Positions 56,967-64,000 of a stretch of DNA of 64,000 nucleotides are shown in pieces (position 1 is the stretch's first letter; each line of letters begins with the position of its first letter). Under the pieces are notes generated by a model that was not told where the DNA came from, made no database searches, and worked only from the letters and a program-made list of their open reading frames with translations. The stretch is taken from contig NW_027266271.1 of NCBI RefSeq assembly GCF_022045235.1, forward strand, positions 22,878,001 to 22,942,000, given 5' to 3'. A program made the translations under genes and the position numbers. This stretch comes from Haliotis cracherodii (taxonomy: Eukaryota).

Positions 56967-59900
56967 ATGCCGGAAGAAAACGTGAAAGTCGCCGTTCGCG
57001 TGAGGCCATTCATATCCTTATCAGTGCATACCGTACTATTCCTCCATAGCCGAACTGTCACTTCAAAGCCTATGTAGAGGTTAACGAGGTAGGCAAAAAA
57101 TGCGCTCCGTCACTAATGAGCGTTTATTTGTTTGTATGATTCTGTTTGTGTTATTTTGTAAACTAGTGAATGTAAACTCTTTCATGTCGTGTACATGCTA
57201 TTGGCTTTTTAAAAAATCATAATTTGTATTACCTGACGTCATAATTATTTTAAAGAACTACATATTGTTTGAATTGTTCGCATAGTTAACCAGGACTATA
57301 GAACTAATGTAGTATTTCCCTGGCACATTTAGAAACGTTCAGTTTGCATATTAGTATTAATTTCCGATTTTACACATATGTAATGTTGCCGTGTATACTA
57401 GTGGTATGTGTTATAAATTATCCAGCAGGTGTATTATGTATCTGTGAGCAGAATGTATTTCCACTGAAAGAGGAATATTGATTTTCTGAGACTGAACAAT
57501 CAGGTACAAATTGTCATGGTGCTCGTGAAGACTTGCATTGCCAACAGCAGTGCTTATTTCATTTAGACCATGAGTGATGAGTGCCACTGTACAAAACAAA
57601 AAATACATCAGGGACTGACATTGATTTTCTTCTGGAGCACTTTTTTTTAAAATAATTTGTTTCAGAAAATCCTGGGAAAAAGTAATTTTAACAAAATATT
57701 TGTTTGTTGGACATGCTTGAGGTCTTTGTGAAAAGATAAAAAGAATTAATGTCCTCAAGAAGTGACCGAAAAAATATTCTCTCCTGACAAAAATCCCATT
57801 ACATGGATGGTCCATTACCAACAGCATTTTTTAATATTTTTATTCTTTTTTTGCATTTATCAACATTTACAGAAAAAACCAAAATAACAGTGACCTCCAG
57901 ATGATATAAAAATAACACCAATCTCCATATATATTGAACAGCACCAGAGTGGAGATGTTTATACAGACACTAACCAAACAGATGACATGACGACCAGAAC
58001 TTAAAAAAAAAAAAGAATCTATGTTACGTTCTATTAAAGAGGAACATTTAGAGATCTTATAGTACTGTTATACTTCATTCAGGATTCAGGAAACTATAGA
58101 ATGGTGGCATTGTTTTGTGAAACTTACTTGTAAAAATCAAAGTTTTATAAAGTATAACAATAATGTTGATTGGATCATTGTTGCTACTTGGACAACCCTG
58201 TTGTACTTGTCTTGTAATTTCAAGTTTGATTTATATTTATTGTAAAGCCATATTTCAAGACATTTCCAGGTAAAGTTTACCCTACTAACACCATAAATGC
58301 ATGGCACTTACTTATATATGACATTGTATAAGTCAAATTCACCCAAATTCACAAACTGGTTAGGGTATATGGTAAATAAAGTCCTGATATATTCTAAATA
58401 TCATCCCTGGTGCATGTTTTAAATGTCTTGTTTTGTTTTTAAAATATGTATTTTCATGAATGGTCAGTGAGATTGGGCAAAAGTTATACAACTTAGGTGC
58501 CCCTCTCTCTAATACATATATACTAGGGGTGTCACGATAATTGAGATATCGATATATTGCTATTGGTAAGCACTTAAAGTCAATAAATCGATTGTTAAAT
58601 CAGTTTCCGATCAATAGTATCAATTTCAGTTAGGAATATCGATAGTTTCAATTGTATTTACCATATCAATAAAATACATGCAATGCTGCTTTTCTTTTTA
58701 TCATGAGTGGTAATAATTTACACATGGTAATGTGTAAGTTTCTATTTCTTAAATCATTAGGTTAAGAAAAAACAAATCAGTCATATCTCAAACTTTACTT
58801 TTTATTTGTTGTTATGGTTATCACATTCAAAGGAAACTTCAGTTCCAAGGTTTAATTCAACCCTAAAATCCATCTAAAATGATACACTGAAAACTATCAA
58901 TATGTATCGCAATAGTTGCTTACAATATCAATAGTTATCGCAATAGTGATTTCCAGACCAATAGTCACCCCTAATATATACACACATTTTTTTTTATATA
59001 TATATATATATACATGACATTACAAAGTAACAAACGAATGTATTTACATGAAAAGCATAAATATTTTCTAAACATGTTTTGGAAGAAGACCCTATACATA
59101 CATAAAATGCACATATGAATTATGAACACATTACACTTGTACAAACACATAAATACACATATACATAAACACACATACACATGCAAACCTACATACTTAA
59201 TCACACATATATGCCTTCAATGAAGTATCCAGTGTGGGCTTGGCAATCAGAGAAAATAACTGAACTAAACTAAACTCAGCCACTATCAGCGGCATCACAG
59301 GTACAAAATTATTACAACAACATAATACATATACATATAAATATAGAATAAATACAAAAACATCTTGGCCGAGCATGCATGCATATTTATACAGATTCAC
59401 TAGGGTAGCAATATATGTGCAATTCAAAAAGAGGGGGTGTTACTTGATAGGTTTAAACAATGACTTGATGTTTTTACAGAATTTGGACAGGTTTCTCAAT
59501 GTTCCTAATCGTGAATTATCATTATACTTAATCACACATATATGCCTTCAATGAAGCATCCAGCGCAGGCTTGGCAATCAGAGAAAATAACCAATCTCAT
59601 TAAAATCAGATCTTAGTTCTCGCTATTGCTAAATAAAGCTTAGCGGCAGCGAGAACTTAGATCTGATTTTAATGAGATTGAGAAAATAACCATTATTTTG
59701 ATGGGACCAGATGTTAAATTGTTCAAAATGTGTGAAATATGCACTTGACAATAAAATGGATATCAAAGTGAATTATTTAAGTGTTACTTTCAAATTGTAT
59801 TGTCCTTGTCCGCTATGAAGTGTCTTTTTGTAAAAACCACATGAGCAGTTTCATGAGGTGGAAATATTTTTTATAGTTCAGAGGCATTATCAGTCAAATG

Positions 59901-62727
59901 GATTGAATTTCCTGAACACAGTGTGATCTGATTGTCAGATCTAACGAAACTGCTGGGCCAGAAAAAGTTCACACTTGAAAATTCAAACTTCACACTCATT
60001 AGTGTATTTAATTTTTAGCCTGTGTATATAATGTGTATAATGTCTTTTGCCTGTCAGTTTTTTTGGTTTATGGGAATCATTTTCTGTTTAAGCAGGTTCT
60101 ATAAAGACACAACATTCACAATGTCTTGCATGTACATATTTAACTTTATGAAATTAAGTACATTAGTATTCTTAAGCACTGTTATACTTTCAAGATTATT
60201 TGTAATGCTCAGTTGTCACAAAAGAATTAAGTAATGATATTATTTTACCCATTTTTCTGTGAAATATACCAACAGTGTGAACTGTAAGCAAAGTTACAAA
60301 ATACAGTCTGATTCCTGTCTCACCAGCATCTGTAAAGGTAAAGGTTGAACTGACAGTAGTATTAGCCATGACAGCTGAAGTATGTACTATGTAGCTATGG
60401 ATATTCATGTTAACCTTCTCATTTCCCTTTCATTTCTAATTCATACATGTACGTGAAAATATCTCCTTGAAGCAGGATAGCTTCCATCATGGTATTGTAA
60501 TCTGTACAGTTAATTGTCTGGCTGGTACATTACCCTTAGTCTGTCTCAAAGTCCCTGAACCATATTATTTTTCAATCCGGGAAGCAAGTCTAGATTTCCC
60601 ATAGGTTCAAAAACAACAAAATGTAGTATGTTGTAAACAACATCCCACCACCACCTGCCCCCACCGACATACCTACTGAGAGAGAATTTTGTTAATGGAC
60701 CCCTTCTTTTAACAAATGCTAGATCTGCCCTTGCATTTCACTGAGGCTACTTTTCAGCTAAAAGTACTTGTTTCTATCAAAATTATATCTTTTCAGAGAC
60801 TTAACCTCAGTCTACAGTACCATCACTCCAACTAACTTGGTCCTTTGAAATGAAAATAAATTTCATTATCATTATTTATAAAAGTATTTTATTTATCACA
60901 TTCATATCGTTTGAAATCAGCTGTTATTTTTTTAACAACCTCAGTTGACCAACATGTTTTACATATTCCTTAGTTGACCAACATGTTTAACATATTCCTC
61001 ACTTGACCAACATGTTTAACATATTCCTCTGTTGACCAACATGTTTTACATATTCCTCTGTTGACCAACATGTTTTACATATTCCTTAGTTGACCAACAT
61101 GTTTAACATATTCCTCAGTTGACCAACATGTTTTACATATTCCTCTGTTGACCAACATGTTTTACATATTCCTTAGTTGACCAACATGTTTAACATATTC
61201 CTCAGTTGACCAACATGTTTTACATATTCCTTAGTTGACCAACATGTTTTACATATTCCTTAACTGACCAACATGTTTTACATATTCCTCAGTTGACCAA
61301 CATGTTTTACATATTCCTTAGTTGACCAACATGTTTTACATATTCCTTAACTGACCAACATGTTTTACATATTCCTCAGTTGACCAACATGTTTTACATA
61401 TTTTTGAGACCCATGAAGATTCCAGGGTAGAATAGGTCCTCAGCAACCCATGTTTGCCGTAAAAGGAGACTAACGGGATCAGGTGGTCAGGTTCCCTGAC
61501 TTGGTTGATGCATGTCATCGATCCCAGTAGCGTGGATCAATGCTCATGATATTAATCACTGGATTGTCTGGTCCAGACTCGTTTATTTACAGACCGCCGT
61601 CATACAGCTTACATATTTTCGAAATGGTTTCCTTAACACTGTTCACAATAAACGTGAGCGTGAGCGCAATGCCACATGCATTGTTGCCATGAATGGCCCG
61701 GCAACAATCATCACAGATCCCAGCAATAACGAAGAAAAGAAATTCAACTTCGACTACAGCTACTGGTCACATGACGGCTCCAAGGAAGATGCGACTGGCT
61801 ATTATGGCGCAGACCCCAGCCATCCTAATGGCAAGAAGTTTGCAGACCAGGTAGGACAAATGAGATATTTTGTTACATGTACTGGCCATATCAGAATCTC
61901 TTCACTTGCAAACAGACATGTTGGTGTGGCACCAGGAAACAGTTTGCCAGCAGAGTGGGAGTGTCTGTTATTGTTAATGGAGATTGTGGTGTTCGAGATA
62001 GAAAGGGCATCAGGGTTTTGTTAATAATAATAGGACATGTCGGAAGTTTGCTGAGCAGGTGAGATATATAAGACCTATTACAGGAAGAAAGCTGCTGATG
62101 GCCCTTAATTAGATGTGCAGTTGGTCAGATAAGAGATAGGGAGTTTGTTATTGTTGGAAAGCTCAAATCTCTCTCACTTTGAAAAAATGCATCTTGGTGA
62201 GATTAATTTGTTTAATTTTAGGAAGTCAAATAGCAAAGGCAAGTAGTTCTTGCTGCAGGATTATGTATTTTTAGCTATACATGGATACATTTTGAGTGAA
62301 TTTGGTGCATTTGAAAGAATTAATAAAAATATATTTGAAAATGTTTTGGAAAAGTTTTGAATTTGCATATGCTAGTTATAAGAAGTGTTTCTGATTTCAA
62401 AATGTACCTTTTTGGAAAATCAAACAGCTCAAGGAGAGTATTTGATTTCAATAGCACTCAAGACATTTCTTCAACTAAAGTTAAAAAGACATTTACCAAA
62501 AAATTGATGAAAAATTTCAAATTGACTTTGGCGGAAGTACCTGTAATCATTCTGAAAGAGAACATCAGCATTTGTGTTGTCCTTTGTTTTTCAGAAACGA
62601 GTATTTGAGGACTTGGGTCTTGGCGTGTTGAAGAATGCATGGGAAGGTTATAATTCCACACTGTTTGCCTATGGACAGACTGGCTCAGGGAAGAGTTGGT
62701 CCATTGTTGGCTATGGCATCAATAAAG
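56967..62727 (+). CDS. KIF28: Kinesin motor, KIF28/KLP-6-like, 5' part only; exons 56967-57011, 61647-61850, 62595-62727 (continues beyond window)
   Basis: MPEENVKVAVRVRPF|NKRERERNATCIVAM...KKFNFDYSYWSHDG...KFADQ|KRVFEDLGLGVLKNAWEGYNSTLFAYGQTGSGKSWSIVGYGINK; includes the P-loop GQTGSGKS. Kinesin is certain; the subfamily call rests on recalled motifs. Confidence 0.85.
58524..58973. mobile_element. hAT-type MITE
   Basis: Ends TAGGGGTG..CACCCCTA, with 8-bp TSD ATATATAC on both sides. Confidence 0.8.
59592..59680. mobile_element. 89-bp palindromic mini-MITE
   Basis: Long inverted arms CAATCTCATTAAAATCAGATCT..; 10-bp direct repeat AGAAAATAAC on both sides; other copy at 11108-11200. Confidence 0.75.
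60940..61402. repeat. 28-29-bp minisatellite, ~16 copies
   Basis: Unit GTTGACCAACATGTTTTACATATTCCTCA; inside the U12 intron. Confidence 0.93.
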
Positions 62728-62842
62728 GTAAATAAAACTGACGAAATTTTTTCATGATCATAAGAAATATCTGGTAATCGCAAAGTCCATTGGACATGTC
62801 CATATATATCATAATCATGTTTTTATCAATCACTATCAAATA

Positions 62843-63520
62843 CAGTAGAACATGGATATAACAAACACAAATAGAGCGAACAAACGGATACAACAAACTG
62901 CTTAAAAATCCCCGATTTATCTCCTATATATTGTCGTATAAAGTTTACGTACATTACAAACTCTCTTCACCGAACTAACGGATATAGCGAACTGATATTT
63001 GATCACCGACAAGCCCATCTACCACTAATTAGTGATGTGTATAGCGATATTAGAAATCTCACTCAGGCTGTTATCAATCAGACAATCACGGCGAATCAAC
63101 ACAATTGTGGCGAATCAACACAATTACTGGTGAAGATTCAACCTTGTTAAACTTGCATTATGTTAATCTTACCTGTCCATGTAATTGGACTAATCTATTC
63201 TGTAAAACAAACAAATTTCATTCAATAATGTTTACATTAATTTCGGTGATATTGGAATATATTATTCTGATAAAATAATAATATCAGATACAATTTCTTC
63301 CGACCATTGCATTATTCTGTTTTGAAGTTGTATCATTTGGTACTTTTAAACTGAATCATCGGTAGATGCGGGAGGAAACGTTTATAAAAGGGCATGTGTA
63401 TTGTGTTTTGTTTTAGCCAAGATGGCGGACATTTCCGAGTGAAAATGTATATAACGAACAACGTATATAACAAACTGATTTCTCCGGTCCCTTGTAGTTT
63501 GTTATATCCATGTTCTACTG
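62843..63520. mobile_element. Tc1/mariner-pogo type MITE
   Basis: 24-bp perfect TIR CAGTAGAACATGGATATAACAAAC; TA on both sides. Confidence 0.85.
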
Positions 63521-63749
63521 TAGTGATGATAGCAGATGTTTGCAATATGGTGAGTCTATCGGTGAGCACCCAGACATACACAAGCATGTGCAACACATGT
63601 CATTTGATGAATATAAGGCCCAACCGATATCATCTCTAGGTTTACAGATGCTTACCCTTTTCACTTGTACCTGGAGTCATCAGAGATTTTCAGTGATCCA
63701 TTCATATAAGTTTTACATCTATTTTGCCTTTCATACCTAATACAACCAC

Positions 63750-64000
63750 CTCCATGGTCCAGTGGTAGAGCGTCCGCCCGGAGAGCGGAAGGTCCAGGGT
63801 TCAATCCCCGGCCGTGTCATACCAAAAGACATAAAAAGGTGGTAACTGTTGTTACCCTGTCTGGCGCTCGGCATTAAGGGGCTAAAACAAGGATTGGTTG
63901 GCTCGGAGTCAGTATACTGTGTCTGAGTGGGGTATTCATGTTAAACTGCGGCGTGGTATCTCAGTGAGCTAGCACTATAAATCGGCATTAGTCGGGACTA
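63750..64000 (+). mobile_element. V-SINE-like tRNA-derived SINE (runs off window)
   Basis: Closely similar to 905-1160. Confidence 0.75.

Larger units (their letters stand above)
57012..61646 (+). other. U12-type (minor spliceosome) AT-AC intron 1 of the kinesin gene
   Basis: 5' splice site ATATCCTT at 57012, branch point TTCCTTAAC at 61629-61637, terminal AC at 61645-61646. Splicing restores the kinesin motif RVRPFNKRE. Confidence 0.92.

Overview
Intron-rich, repeat-rich animal genomic DNA, most likely a marine mollusc (the SINE set looks gastropod/abalone-like; the taxon is an inference). I assembled four protein-coding genes by hand from splice signals and frame continuity. (1) A 5-exon, 145-aa putatively secreted protein with a BRICHOS-like two-Cys pattern (+, 11889-20438). 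(2) A 3-exon TEX49/SPMIP11-like gene (-, 26410-30508). (3) A complete 10-exon CCT5 (TCP-1 epsilon) gene (+, 32465-49948), head-to-head with gene 2. (4) The first three exons of a KIF28/KLP-6-like kinesin (+, from 56967), whose first intron is a minor-spliceosome U12 AT-AC intron. The main finding is that CCT5 introns carry an amplified snoRNA cluster. It has 12 copies of a box C/D RNA antisense to the 18S 530-loop (SNORD65/snR77-type, Um627 equivalent), packed 5-6 per intron in two collinear arrays. It also has 3 copies of a box H/ACA RNA whose two pockets match 18S Psi1367 and Psi109 (human numbering). The rest is four SINE-like families, many MITEs, a decayed LINE RT, a Harbinger remnant and several minisatellites. 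Most ORFs in the supplied track are spurious. rRNA positions and family names are recalled from memory, not from a search.
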